Source of the DNA: Podarcis cretensis
Taxonomy: Eukaryota
NCBI GenBank assembly: GCA_951804945.1
Contig: OX638153.1
Coordinates: forward strand, 67,146,001 to 67,210,000
Reading direction: 5' to 3'
Length of the DNA: 64,000 nt
The notes under the pieces are model-generated. The model did not search any database and was not told the origin of the DNA. It saw only the letters and a list, made by a program, of their open reading frames with translations. How positions within the stretch are numbered: position 1 is the stretch's first letter; each line of letters begins with the position of its first letter. The translations under genes were made by a program, and so were the position numbers. Of the stretch, positions 12,538-26,521 are shown in pieces.

Positions 12538-15500
12538 ACACCTGCCTCTGCCTCACTGTGTGAGCCACTGCTGAGTCAGTGTGAGGCCTCAGTGGCATGA
12601 ATTAGGAAGTGTGAGGGTTCAGCCACTATGCTTGTGCTGCTGGCACACTACTGGGAGCTAAGCCATGGCTTGGCTTAGTGCTGCATCCAAACTCAGAAAG
12701 TAGTCAAACTCTTCTCAACATTCTGTGTACAGAGTTGGTATATTATGTGCTGATGCAGAACAGGCTTTGTCTGTTGTGGCACCCTGAATATAGAATGCTC
12801 TCTTCTTGGAAGTCTAGCTGGTACCAACTGTGGCATCTTTATGGCAGCAGCTTGAAGCCCATTTATTTTCCAAAGCTTTCTGTGACTGAAATAATTTTTA
12901 TGGAACCATCCCACAGCATTCAGTTTTTACCTGGGTTATATTACTGGTGTCTATCTGCTCGGTGTTTAGCATATTATTGAGACATGCTTTGCATATTTGA
13001 TTTCATATGTTTGTAACCCACATTGGGGTTGGCAAAAAAGAGGGGTGAAGTAGACATTTCCTAAATAAATATATAATATATTTAGAAACTGGTATTACCT
13101 GTTCCTGACTCCCTAACCCCCACCATCAGTTGCTTCTACAGATTACTCTATGTATGCAAAGAGTCTCAACTAGCATAAATTCCAGGATAATTTAATTTTT
13201 TACCAGCTGGAAATACTGGCTCTTTGCTTGAATTAATACTAAAAAGCAATCTACCACTAGAATGAATCATGCATTCCTATGCTGATGCACTTACACAAAT
13301 GCACAAGCATAATATGCTGTTATCTGAATTACATTACTATAATATAGTTCACTATATAAATTAACTTAACAAGAACCAAGAGTGATTAGATCATGAATCT
13401 TAAATATTCTCATTCTGCAATAGCAGCACTAAGAGAAGATTGTCTCCATTCTGATCCTTTACTGATCTGTGGGCTTCACTTTCCAGCTTCCATATAGCCT
13501 TAGACAGGCATGTTTCTCCTGGTGGGATGAGAGGGAGAACAGGGATATCCTGGCTAGCTCTCTCCGCCCTGCTACCTTCCATGAACTGGAAGACAACCTT
13601 CTGCAGTGGGGAGAATGTTGTACTCATGGAGGCAGCACCACATGATTTAAAGCTCTGTGTGATATCAGCTCTATATTGTGTGGAGAGCCTCTACAAGTAT
13701 ACAGGCTTCTTGCTCCAGATGTTTGCCCTCCCATGTGTGAAAGGCGAAGTTGGGAGGGCACAAATCCAGCAAACAGCCTGGAACAAAAAGGGAAGGACAG
13801 GTAAGAAACAGACAGCCAGGGTTTTATCAAGATTAGGATGACAGGAGACAAGGGAGTTTGGTAGTGGGTCTTTCAGGACTCTGGACAGAGCTCAGGAAGT
13901 CAACAACAACTTGTTCCGACTAGTGCTACTTCTCAACTGAGCTGTTTTATAGTCCCTAAGCCTGACCACATGTCACCGGCTCCACCCACTTGCTGAACAG
14001 CGTGGAGGCTTACATTTTTAGTCTTGAGTCTAGAATGAGCTTGTGCTGGGCAAGCTGCCTATGTTTGTGTCTCAGCTCCATGGAGTGTGAGCCTCTTAGA
14101 GGTGAATATGCTTGACTCTTGCTGGCTCAGGCCCAGTGCCTCCTCAATCAGTACCTCAGCCTCTGTGTTCAAGTTACTGCTGGACTCTGAGGTCATGACC
14201 AAAGGCAGTAGGACCAAGCAACAGGGAAACAACAGAAGTGGTAGAGATGGGTAGTGTGTCTCTGGTTTCCCTCATGTGATTCTATGGACATGGGAAGAAC
14301 AGCTAGGATTTCTAGTTTCAAACGAATTTCTGAAACAAGAACTCCTCAGCACAGCTTCCAGTTGCTTGACATTATTTGAATCCATTTCCTATCCAGATTA
14401 TTAGAGCACATGTGTTTTAAGTGTTTGATATCATTGTGCTTATTATTCTATCAAGCTTCTTTGTGTGAGGTGTTCTACTGACGCATCCCTGCACTACTAC
14501 AGGTTGGTAAAACAATACCAAAATCTAAAATAAAATATTGATGCAACCATATGTACAAACCACAAGATTTGTTTTATGTGGTTTTCTTATCTATACACAC
14601 AACTGCGCATGTAAATCAATAAAATGCTTCACAAAAAGTATTGTTCTGCAAACATATATATGGCTGAAATGAAAGCAGCAACAAAAGGAACATGAACAAA
14701 AATTGGATTTTTATTGTTTTAAAGGAAATAATCAAGATTTCTAATGCATTTGACTCTACTTTAGAAATAAGGCCAGGTAATTCAGAACTCCAAACTTGAG
14801 GGAGGAAAATGTGATTTGGATAATGTCAGAACATCCCTCGAAAGGATTCCATGGAATTTTATTTCCAAGACTCAAGGAATTATTGATTACTTGAAACTGA
14901 ACAAAATCACAACTCATGTGAAAGTTCTAGAGCTGAATAGATATTTAACTACCCATCTTTTATATGCCCATCACAAATAGTCTTAAAACCCCCAGCATTA
15001 CAACCTAAGTTGATAGGTTGTAGGTTTTTCCTGTCCTGTTATCTAGTGCCTCTGATACATACGGTATGTATTAAGAATATTCCTGGAAACTTTCCTACTG
15101 CAAATAAATGATATGTATATTCATTTCATGCCCACAATAACAGACCGATGCATTTTAAGAGTGTCACAACAATCTGTAGCCTGTTGGATCTATGAAGATG
15201 TCTGACCTTCCAGAAATGGGCATGGAATTCTTGGCTTGTTCAGGAAGTAGACAGTGTGGCTGTGACATTTTCAACTACTGCAGTCCATTTCTGTTTGTCA
15301 TGAGATAATCACAAGTGATCATCTCATGCCCAGGGTAGGTGAGACTGTTGTGTGACTGCACAAATCACATAAAATAACTTGACTTTCATTTTGGCATGAG
15401 AGGGGCAGCTCTGTCCAACAAATGACACTTCCTTTTCTTTGAGCTGCAGAAAGGAGCCTTTTCTTTTTTTATAAAAAAAAAAAGAGACAGAAAGAGAATG

Positions 15501-16211
15501 AATATTGTATTACAATCCTTTGTACGCTGCCCGCCTTCCAACATGGAACCTTTAAAGCAAAGTGTAAGCATCTAGAAGTTATCCCACAATATGATGTCTC
15601 TCAGATAGGCAAAAGGTCGCTAAGAAGTTACTAAAGAAAGGACTGAAGAAACCACAGGATTCTGTGAGTTAAATTTGTTTTCAGAGAGCTTCAGGTCATC
15701 CTTTCTGATAATATTAACTTTCAGTGGAATGTTTTTCAGTGTATACCTTCCACCACTGCCCCAAAGAGAGTTATCTGCTTTAAAAAATGAATAAGGGAGA
15801 GTGACAGAGAGGGGGTAAAGTAGTTCTGAATCTAAAGCTCTTCAACAAAGCTTTTAGCTAGTTCACTGACCAGAAGTGAGATACCAGCAATGAGCAGTTG
15901 TAGAAAATTTGGGTACAAGTGTCAACTTACACTATCTTACACTATCTGTTTTGGCTATTCCACATCACACAGAAAGCAACTCTGATTTGTCTTCACAGGC
16001 CATTATTATGTTTCTCATTTTCCTACAGCCCCACAAAAATCCTACATAAAAATGAAGTGCAGATAAGCAAAACCAGTTGCACATGGGCCTGCCTTTAAAA
16101 ATGGTTTGTGCTTAGTTCAGAAACTTTGCCCAACTTTGCCCCCCACCCCCAAAACCCTTTTGTGTCCGGATTTTCACTTTTTGAAATATGGCAACCCTAC
16201 ATACTATGCCA

Positions 16212-16582
16212 AGGGACGCAGGTGGCGCTGTGGGTTAAAGCCTCAGCACCTAGGGCTTGCCGATCGAAAGGTCGGCGGTTCGAATCCCTGCGGCGGGGTG
16301 CGCTCCCGCTGCTCGGTCCCAGCGCCTGCCAACCTAGCAGTTCGAAAGCACCTCCGGGTGCAAGTAGATAAATAGGGACCGCTTACCAGCGGGAAGGTAA
16401 ACGGCGTTTCCGTGTGCGGCTCTGGCTCTGGCTCTGGCTCTGGCCAGAGCAGCGATGTCACGCTGGCCACGTGACCCGGAAGTGTCTCCGGACAGCGCTG
16501 GCCACTTAAGTGAGATGGGCGCACAACCCCAGAGTCTGTCAAGACTGGCCCGTACGGGCAGGGGTACCTTTACCTTTACCTT
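16212..16582 (+). mobile_element. Sauria SINE, subfamily B
   Basis: Near-identical to 8549-8907; perfect 14-bp TSD tacatactatgcca (16198-16211 and 16583-16596); internal (GGCTCT)4 expansion. Confidence 0.92.
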
Positions 16583-17020
16583 TACATACTATGCCAGAAC
16601 GTTAGCTGCACTGGCTCAAAGTCTGTCGCTGCATCAAATATAAAGTGCTTGTTTTAACCTAGAAGGGAAACATTAACAGCTTAGGACCAGGTCACAAGGA
16701 GTGTCATCTGGTTTCCTATTGTGCTCCCTGAACACTTAAGATGCTCTTTTGCGCTGCTGTTGCAGGTGCTTCTGCAAAGTAAAGTGAGATGGGTGTCTGC
16801 CAAAGCAGATCTTCCTCACTTGGCTGAAAACCTTTTTATTCACCCTGATTTTTCAAATCTGGTTTGTTTTTATGCTTTCTCTGTTATAAGAAAATTCTGT
16901 CTTTTATTGTTTGTTTTAATTGTTTGTTTTAATTATTATATATTGTATATTTTAACACTGTTTCATTTGCAGGTCACCCAGGGAATATTTCTTGATGGCA
17001 GCTGTATCATTTTTTATTAT

Positions 17021-17465
17021 TTCATTCATTCATTCATTCATTCATTCATTCATTCATTGAATTTATGTACCGCCCTATACATAAAGGTCTCAAGACAGTT
17101 CACAGAACAAAAGCAGAATATAAAACCACAAAATAGATAATCAAAATAAAAACAACAACAACCCAATAACCTCCCCCCACCCCCACATTTTAAAAGGGCA
17201 TAGAATGTCAATCAAATCAATCAAAGGCTTGGTTAAAAAGGAACGTTTTTGCTTGGCATCTGAAGGTGTATAATGAAGACACCAAGTGAACTTTCCTGGG
17301 GAGAGCATTCCACAGATGGGGAGCCACTGCAGAGAAGGCCCATTCTCATGTTGCCACCCTCCGTACCTCTTGAGGAGGAGGCACACGAAGGAGGGCCTCA
17401 GAAGATGATTGCAGTGTCCATGTTGGTTCACATGGGGAGAGCTGGTCCTTGAGGTATTATGGTCC
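17021..17465 (-). mobile_element. L2 LINE 3' fragment (family B) with (GAAT)n tail
   Basis: Minus strand carries gccttctctgcagtggctccccatctgtggaatgctctcccc (AFSAVAPHLWNALP) and a 3' UTR shared with the copies at 53.4 kb and 59.5-60.3 kb. Confidence 0.75.
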
Positions 17466-18550
17466 CTTTAAAAAGAATCACTGAAAGTTTTAAACACAGG
17501 TGAAAAGACTTTCAAATGTGGTTGGACTACAACTCCCATTATCCATTACCATTGGCCATGCTGGCTGGGCCTGATGGAAGCTGAAAATGTCTGAAATTTC
17601 CACAAATTCTTTCAGACTGGGTTTAAAAGGAGCATAATGTCCAGTGGCTCTGGTAAATGGCAGCCATACACCCTGATCCTGGCCATATATACTCAAAATA
17701 AGTTTTGATGAGTTTCCATGAACTTACTCCCAGCCCATGTAAGTATGCTTGGGTTGCAGTCATGGGTGCCTAAGGCCAAAATGTAAGGGCTCTTGGGTAG
17801 GCAAAGTATATTTTCCCTCAGCATATATACTGCAATGGTAGCAATATTTTTTAAAACCCTAAAAAATATTTTAATATAGAATCCTTGTAATAATTGAAAA
17901 GAAGAGTAAATGTAAAACATGCCAAGCCTTGTTATTTTTTAAGTCTGAATTGCCTTTGGGGTAGCAAATGAAAACTCAGAAATGTAAAATATGAAAGTAA
18001 TAAAACACACAATTGCTCAGAACTTGATAATGATCTTTTTTGGGGGGAAATCTGTGGATTTCTGGTGACCTTTGATGATGAATCTGAGCATTGCATTTAA
18101 TTGAATGTATTTGAAATGAAACCTAAAATAAAAACAGCTGTTGGAAGAACATGCATGACAAACCTTTTCATTGGGAAAAAATGCTGCTTTGGAGCTATTT
18201 TGTTTTGGCTTATTCTAACTAGACTGGCATTCAGTGAATTTGATTCAATACCAGACCATTTACAGTAGCTGTTAGTGGCATCCAGTAAAGCCAACTGGAT
18301 TGTCTAACATCTCAAAATGACATTGTCAGAGCCAATTCCACCCAAGCAAGACTTATATTGCCCAATAAGTTTGGAGTGCATTTTTTAAAATGCCATTTAG
18401 CTGTGTTGGCTCCCTAAAATGCCATTTAGCTGTGTTGGAGCCTAGGAGTTATGCAGTGGTTATAGACAGACAGTGTTTTCACCAGTAACAATCCTTGCTA
18501 TTCAAAAAGCAGAGACAACTCTGAGCCACTAAAGCTCTCTTCAGAAATTA

Positions 18551-18776
18551 CAGTGGTACTTCGGGTTACATACGCTTCAGGTTACAGACTCCACTAACCC
18601 AGAAATAGTACCTCAGGTTAAGAACTTTGCTTCAGGATGAGAACAGAAATCGTGTGGCGGCGGCGCAGCCACAGCGGGAGGCCCCATTAGCTAAAGTGGT
18701 ACCTCAGGTTAAGAACAGTTTCAGGTTAAGAACGGACCTCCAGAACAAATTAAATTCTTAAGCCGAGGTACCACTG
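18551..18776 (+). mobile_element. Tc1/mariner-superfamily (Tigger/pogo-like) MITE
   Basis: TIRs cagtggtac(t/c)tcgg / ccgaggtaccactg, flanked by TA on both sides. Confidence 0.88.
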
Positions 18777-20214
18777 TAATTAAAAGAATGCACAGAGGGA
18801 AAGCAGGGCTGTGCAAGTTGGCCCCACCCCCTCAGTCTTCTGGCTCCACCTCCAGACTTTCACACATTGAGCAGAAGGTCTGAGGAGGGAACTGAACCAC
18901 ATTCAGCTGGACATATGCAGGTTGTCTCTTTAGACCAAGAATGGGATAGTGCTATGTAGAAGTGGGCTCCAGGTGAACCTTGGAAGATGTGAGCAAGATT
19001 TGAAGAAGGAGAGAGTTGACTTTATTAGATTCAGAGATGAGGAAGATGCTTACAATTGATTTCCAGTGCTGGAAATATCTAAATAACCTGACTGACTAGA
19101 ATATGCTCTGACACCCTATAATTAGGGGGGTCAGAGAATCCCAACAAAAATGGGAAAGGAAGCAGAAATTGCTGTGGTCTGGAACAGAAATCAGTCAAAT
19201 GACTATGACCGGTCTTCATTCATATCACTGCCTTTTCAGTCAACAATTGATACCTACTGAATTTTTTCCACATTATCTTAACATTTCATTTACACCGAAA
19301 TGAATGTAAAATACGTAAGTTATGTAAATGGTGGCACAAGTGATGTAACATGTTAAATAGTGGACAGCAAGCTAAATGTCATGGTATTTGGCAGAAACCA
19401 AACTGCAGCAGAGCAGAAGCAGCACTGATTAGAAAGAATACAGATCAGACTAGAAAATGCTGCCTCCTTACACCCCCAGCTCAATATTTTAACAGTGGGT
19501 GGGGTGGGGGGAGATCAGCAGCATAATGTGTCCTTTTGAAAACAAAACAAGTTTCTTTTCTTCAACCTTTTTGTTTTTAACAAAAACCTGAAACATCTGA
19601 GTGGTACATTTATAGTTTCTTGGATGACAGCTCCAAATTTAAACATTCCTTTGTTCCGTGCCTGTACAGAATCTTCCTTCAGCCCATATATCACTACCCC
19701 ATTTCAGGAATTTATGGCACACGAAGATAGACTGTAGGGATTGCACAAATTACCTGAAATGCTTCCTTATGAGAACAATGAAAGAAAACTGCTATAAGGC
19801 CAAATCTTAAAGCAAGCACAACGGAGCAGCTGAATAATTGTGCCAGCGTTATTTTAACAACAGTAGTCACCCTTTTTTATTCAATATTTGCCCTGAAATG
19901 GACATTTCTGCATTGCTCAATAGCTGACTCAAATTCCTGACCCCACAGTTGGCCTATAGTCGAGAACCCCTGGAAATCTCCTCCCTCCACAGTTACTGAT
20001 AGTAAAAAAAGAGCTTCCCCTGGTGCCTGCAATTGCCATAAGTGGAGAATCGGCTAGGTTTAAAGATGGATTAAAATTCTACTCTCCACACACGCTGTAG
20101 TCCCAATCCAGATCATGCCAGGATGCTTCCTTTTGCGTATGAAAAAGCACATATATAGCTAGAGGCTATGAATTCAACTGAATGTGTTTGACACTGAATG
20201 TGTTTGACACTGAA

Positions 20215-20384
20215 GGCTCATTCACACTTGCATTTGTCTCTCTGCTTCCCCCAGGAAAAACTGCTCTTTACCACTGAATCAAACCAAACGTCAAGTTGGG
20301 CTTTCCACACATTTACATTTGCTACGATCCAGTGGTAAAGAGCCGGTTTTCCCAGGGAAAGTGGCAAGGCAAGTGGGAAGCATA
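20215..20384. mobile_element. Degenerate palindromic MITE (possibly Harbinger-type)
   Basis: Inverted arms ttcccccaggaaaaactgctctttaccactgaatc / gatccagtggtaaagagccggttttcccagggaaa. Confidence 0.5.
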
Positions 20385-20646
20385 TCAGGCCAGTGGCTAG
20401 AAAGTACGGAACAAGCAGAAAACTCTTCGACCTGCGCTTTCTAGACAAGCGATGAGCCCCAGGCCAGTGGGATTGTGCCTGTTTCACTAGGATTGACAAA
20501 ATGGCGCTTTGAAGTATCAGAACATGACTGCCCAAAGCAGGTCTCCTGAAGGTATTTCTAAGAGATTGTGCTTCTTCACTGGGATTTTGGACTTGTTTTC
20601 GAGTTGTGCAATTGTTTGAATCTAGGCATGAACTTTTTCAAACCTA

Positions 20647-20990
20647 CCGTATTTTTCCATGTATAACAGACCCCCATGTATAAGACGCACCCCTATTTTT
20701 GGGAACTCAAACTTAAGGAAATGGGGGAAGATTGCCCAGAGTTGTTCAGCATTTTTGTGAGGGATGGTTGAGCTTTTTTTAGGGGGGATATTGCTGCGAA
20801 AATTGCTCACCCTTCTAACCTGTGCTACCGTGCACACACCCAAAAAACCACCTATCAGCTGTTCCCTCACCGCCATAAGCCGCTAATCACCCCATTGATG
20901 CAGCAACAGCAAATAGACACCAGCCCTTGTCGCAGCCACCAGTAGCACCACTAGCGGAACCAACCAATCCCACATCACCAATATGCACTG
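20647..20990 (+). mobile_element. Partial Tc2-like (Tc1/mariner) non-autonomous element
   Basis: TA followed by CCGTATTTTTC...TATAAGACGCAC, typical of Tc2-like ends. Right end not found, so the end coordinate is approximate. Confidence 0.55.
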
Positions 20991-22618
20991 ATCATTTTTT
21001 AACATTATTTTTTTTTGGGGGGGGGACATCATCTAATACACAGAAAGGTATGGTATCTTCTGATCCCTCAGATATGGGCTCCCATTTCCTCCTCCATAAC
21101 AGTCACAGCAGCCCTTGCCTGACACATACACTGGAACAGGAATGTTTTGAATGCAGAAATTTCTCGAGCAAACAAGGAGGCTGTAGCATTTTATTATCAA
21201 ATTCACTGGACCATGTTTTCCTATTAGTTTCACTCAGTGTTGGCAAGCATCTTTCCAAGAAGTTAACATGGGATGTTCCTCATTTTCTGCTTTTCAGTTT
21301 AGTTGAGCATCTGAATATCTGGGAACCTCACCACAGCCCAGCGGAGAGCAAGACAAAGACTTGTCATTAACACAACAACAGCGGGAGGCATACATCAAAG
21401 ACTTGCAAAATATGGCCACTCATTTCCATCCACCTTGGCCCCAAAGCAAAATGCTAAAGCAGTTCCAAATGTTTGAATCTGCTCTCTAGCGTGGAAAGCA
21501 AAACAACAACCAAGAAGAGTCTTCCTCTGGCTACAGTCTAAACACTGCCCATTTCTGACCAGACTGTGCACTGTGTTGCCTTTTCAGGCTTATCAGATCC
21601 AAATGGCACATGATAGTGGCAATTATGCAAAAACCATCTCAAGAAAATCTTCACTGTTATGCATCTTGGATTTATGAGCTCCCAATTGTAGATCAAGTGA
21701 GGTCATAAATCCCGCATGTTTATAAATAGAGTAACGGTACCCTTTAGTGAGCTATGTTTTTGAATTTACAAGCTTCAGTTTCTCCCTTAGGTCCCATTGC
21801 AATTTCTGTCCAGGAGTGTAATCCTGATTACAGATGGGCATCACGCTTCTATAAACTTGATGCTGGCAAAAGTATTCTCTTGGCAGACCTCGGCGCCTTG
21901 TTCTGATCCAACCATAAAGCTTTATGAAGAACATTGTGTTAAAATGGAATGGTGTGATGACAACTTGCATTCTCAGGGGGTGGGGAATGGATGTAGAAGA
22001 GTAATATAAAAAATATAGGAAAATACTACATGTCTTCCATCCTGAACACCATTCCACTAAGAGAACAAGAAATGTGTTAGAGATGTCCAGGCTTCTTAGG
22101 GACACCTGATGAGCATGAATGATTATTATAGCTTTTTAAATTTTGGAATAACTGTGCTTTTAGATTGTGAAGCCCTTTGGGGGATAAAGCTGACAAGATT
22201 GTTGCCATCTGCCCTGAGCACATGAGACAGGGCCTATCAATACATAATGAAATGTTTAGTGGAATGGTAAAACCCAAAGTAAATATTCTACCATTGTTGC
22301 TAAACAAAACCTAATATTGCACTGAGAAATAAGAATTATCATTTTCTATAGCTTAGAAAAAATGCTGAGATGGGTAAAGCCATAGGAATAAAAATATTTT
22401 GAAGGCTGGTTATGTGACCTTCCACCTTTCTTTGCCACATTACACAACTATCCAAGATAATGTATATATAAATCAGAGATGACCCAAAATTTCTCAGAAG
22501 ATTTTTTTTCTGATTTTTTTTTGAGATTCTTCCTTTTTCTCACCTCCCCAAAAGATGGTCATTATGCCTAATTTTTTTCTAATATTCTCTATCTTTTTTT
22601 TTTTGCAGCAGCAGCAGC

Positions 22619-22644
22619 AGCCACCATTTCTGCCTCTTCACACA

Positions 22645-22703
<59 letters not shown>

Positions 22704-22710
22704 AGAGGGA
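22619..22710. repeat. Compound microsatellite (CA)n(GA)n(GAGG)n preceded by (GCA)n
   Basis: Directly visible. Confidence 0.9.
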
Positions 22711-23913
22711 TAGTACCCTGGAATGACACTAGGCCTGGGGTACTGGAGGATGCAAAATTGTGGTCAGGGTGCAGGCATCAGTGCTCCAGCAAAAGCCCTC
22801 AAACAAAACACCACCTTGGGGAGGGGAGGGGAAGAAAGAAGCTGTCTACTACCATTGCTGCTGGTGAGTCTCATCCCTCATTAACTGCTGGAGAAGTTCT
22901 CCTCCCCATGGAGAAATCTGCTGTCCTCACAGAAGCGTGAAGGACCTTGAGGGGCAACTTGTGCACCACTCTAATATAAATAGACGAAGCAAACTTGAAA
23001 GTGCAAACAGAAAGGAAACAAGGCCTGTTTTGGAAAAATTAGCAAAAGTGTCTTAAGTGTGAAATAAACAAGCTCATATCTCCTCAGAGGCATGACGTAT
23101 TCAAGGAACTCGTTTTTCAAACATTTTGTTTGAGTTTCTTCAAAAAGCACCTTGACTTGGGTATGTGGTGTGGGTAGTAGGCTTCCTTTCAGATATTTTG
23201 CCAGTTTTTGTCATCTTAAAACATTTCCAAAACAATATGCTTCTGTACATCTGGAGCCTAATGTGCAAATCAAAGAACACAAATACTAGTGTAAGAGTCA
23301 ATGGGACTACAACAGCACAGTCAATGAAGTCAATAAAGCTACATCACTGAGCCTTTTTCTTAGTTCCATTTAGGTAATTCACCTCAATTATTTCAGTGGG
23401 AGTAGATGATTCATCATTTTATAGAAGGTCACTCAGGGCAGACTAGTTTCTCACATTACCTTTTGGGGGGGGGGACAATTCATGATATCCATTATACTCA
23501 TGGTGACATGCTGGATTGGCTCATCGAAAGCACTGGGGTGGAAGGGGGGGAGGGAGAGACTATCGTGTTAAATGGCCGTGTGTGTGTGTGTTTATTCAAC
23601 AGCAGCAGCAACAACAACAGTAGTCTTATGTTTATCAGACCTACATGTATAAAAAGTCCCAAGCAAGTGAAAACAAAGCATGAATATTGCAAGCTATCTG
23701 ACAGATCCCCAGTGCTCATGAGCAGGAACACAGCCAAAGGCAATACCAAGAGAACGAGCATACGAAATGTCAGTAATTAATAACAGCAGAAGGACCTGGG
23801 AAGGAATGCAAAGCACGGCTGAAAAACTATCAGTAGCGAATTTTTCTCTGCAAGCCCCATCAGAATGAGTGGGAGTTGTAGAAGACACAGTTGAGTTTGT
23901 GCGGCACTCCTAC

Positions 23914-24135
23914 CCAGGCAGAGGGCCTTCTCAGTAGTCGTACCCGCCCTGTGGAACGCCCTCCCATCAGATGTGAAGGAAATAAACAACTACCTGACGT
24001 TCAGAAGACATCTGAAGGCAGCCCTGTTTAGGGAAGTTTTTAAAGTTTGATGATTTACCATGTTTTTAATATTTTGTTGGGGGCCACCCAGAGTGGCTGA
24101 GGAAACCTAGCCAGATGGGCGGGGTATAAATAATA

Positions 24136-24166
<31 letters not shown>
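23914..24166 (+). mobile_element. Short L2 LINE 3' end (family A) with (GAT)n tail
   Basis: Near-identical to 38485-38700; tail (GAT)10 at 24136-24166. Confidence 0.88.
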
Positions 24167-24234
24167 CTTTCCATGTCAATAAGGTCTTATCCACACTTAA
24201 CTTTCCTCCCTGCTTTTGAAGCAGTCTACTCCAA

Positions 24235-24400
24235 GCGAGTCCATTCCACTGTCAAACAGCTCCTACTGTAAGAAAGTTTTTTGTAGTGTTTAATGGGAAT
24301 CTCCTTTCTTTTAACTTGAAGCCATTGGTTTGGTCCTACCCTTCAAAGCAGGGTAAAACAAACTTGCTCCATCTTCCATATGATATTTGATATGATATAT
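24235..24400 (-). mobile_element. Degenerate CR1 LINE ORF2 3' fragment
   Basis: ttccactgtcaaacagctcctactgtaagaaagtttttt...ttgaagccattggtt resembles the reverse of the CR1 C-terminal NFLTVRAV...WN region. Confidence 0.55.
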
Positions 24401-24889
24401 TATATTATATTTGACAGCTTTCATGCATCCCTTGTTAGCTGTTTACGCCTTCTTTTCCCTCCCTCCACAGTAAGGAGTTCCTCACACTTTCAAAATAACA
24501 GGTACGGAGGTTTATAAATAAATCCCGAAACTGAGTTTTAAAAGAAGCTAAAGAGAATAAAGGCAGCTTTGGAAATCCTGCATGGGCAATAAATTCCCCA
24601 ATGTCGTAAATGAATCCAAGGTCCCAGAAGACATAATCCTAAGAAACAATGGATTTCTCACGTCCAAATGAGTAAGCAGACTGTTCAAATTTTAGAAGCA
24701 GCAAGGGACATACGCAACAGTATTTCTATATAGATCGTATATCTTCAGGTCTTTGGGGGCCTCTATTCTACTAAAGACCCTTATCGTACTAAGGCAGGAG
24801 TGTTTCAGGTAGTCTAGTACGTGAAATATCATACTGCCTGAATGAAGTATTCATAGAATTGTTTTTCTTAAAAAGAGAATTAAACTTTA

Positions 24890-25256
24890 GGGCCAAACTA
24901 GAGGGTACATGGGAGGTGCATGAATCAGTCTCCAGGTGTGTGTGTGTGTTTAAAATAAAAAGCAGCTGTGGAGGTTGCAGTCAGAAAGATTAGGAGGCAG
25001 GATACTTCACCCTCTCTGCCATTTGTCTGCCCCAAATTCCCCCCTTCCACGGGCTCCAGCTACTTGGTGGTGAAAATGGCAAGACCCCTATAGCTTTTCC
25101 CAGCTGGGGAAGTAGTTCAGGGGAGGCAATTTTGAACCTGCCCACCTGTCTTTCTCCACTTCTGACTGCTGCCTCAGAATCTGCTTTTTCATTTTTTTAA
25201 AAAAACAAACCTGAGGAACAATTCACATATCTCCCATGTACTGTCTAGTTTCACCC
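24890..25256. mobile_element. PIF/Harbinger-type MITE
   Basis: Imperfect TIRs gggccaaactagagggtacatgggag / ctcccatgtactgtctagtttcaccc; 3-bp TTA duplication (24887-24889 and 25257-25259). Confidence 0.72.
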
Positions 25257-25856
25257 TTAATCCAACACTCAAAATGTTATTCTAAAAAGGTGAAAAGGCG
25301 GGGAATGCAGTGGTGGGCTGGATGAGAGCTAATAAACTCAGAGCTGTTAGGAGACCTGTCACAGAGCTACATTTCCCAAACCCTTAACAAACTATAATTT
25401 CCAGGATTTCTTGAAAGAAGCCATGACTCTTAAAGTGGTATGAGAGTGATTTAAATGTGCAATGTGAATAAGACCACTTTATTAAAACTTTATTAAAACT
25501 CTGCTACCTGTCTCCTAATTTTTTCAGGATGAACTAGTATGCTGGATTTTGAAGCTCCCTAGTTATCCCATTAGTAGCATAATATTCAAGCCCTAAGGAA
25601 GAAGCAAATATGACAAAAGAAAGCAAGACCTGATGGATACAGGCATTCATCAGAAATGGATCCTGCAAGGCCAACAGAAAAGAATGACTAAAAATAAAAA
25701 AGCTCTTGGGAAAATGAACATCTATACTTTGTCAAATCTGGAAAAGATATTTGTCATAAGAATCTCTTCAAAAATATACTCCATTTCCTCTGCTGCCATA
25801 GCAGGTCATCATGCTGCAACTGTAGATGTCCACAAGTACCAATCTGTACACGATGT

Positions 25857-26521
25857 TGTTATAAGAATTTTTAGGTCTATATATATAAATATATAAACCA
25901 CATGTCCAAAGCCCACAGGAAAAGTTCTAAAGCTATTTTGACTCTTTCAGTCACCTCAAATATTTCTCCACAAGGTCGAAGGAAATGCAAAAACCTCCCC
26001 ATTGTCCCCGTCCTCACAAATCCTGCCTTAAGGTCACATTTAAGGTGTGAATAGGGTGAGCCTGTGACCTGGCTCAGGAATTAAGTATTATCATTACAAA
26101 AGAATGGCCAGGCTCCGCAGGTAATCCAGTCAAGTGACCATTAACAGGTAACCTGGCAGACAGAGTAAAAACAAGTGTGATGTATCTGGGGGGGGGGTGT
26201 CTTGGGCTACACCCCTTCTGTGATGTATGCATGATGTTTTTGGGGGTGGTCTTGGACTCCAGGGAGGGGAAATTTAAAATGTCTATATAAGGGCTTGTAC
26301 ACATGGCTCTGGATCCTCCTCCTCTCTCCTGCGTGTGGGGGAGCACCCTGTTGCAACAGTTAATAAAGATCAGGCTTAGTAGCTGCTTTGCTTCTCAATA
26401 TTCTCTGGTTGGTCTCTGTTATTTTCTCCTACTGATAGAGAAGCTACAAAAGGACTCTATATGGGCTCTTGAGTTACCCCATAAGGGGAAAGGAGCAAGT
26501 TAGTTTTTTTTACTTATATCA
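25857..26521 (+). mobile_element. Solo LTR (665 bp), ERV1-like
   Basis: Inverted termini tgttataag / cttatatca; TATATAA at about 26284; AATAAA at 26362; 4-bp flanks atgt / atgg. Confidence 0.7.

Noticed and set aside
13510-14200. GC-richer block with TGTCA/TGACA-like ends that might be one or two decayed LTRs
   Set aside because: Could not define matching termini, a TSD or a polyA signal.
20177-20214. 16-bp direct repeat, and the 19-bp repeat at 2573-2620, considered as CRISPR-like arrays
   Set aside because: Head-to-tail duplications without spacers in eukaryotic intron DNA.
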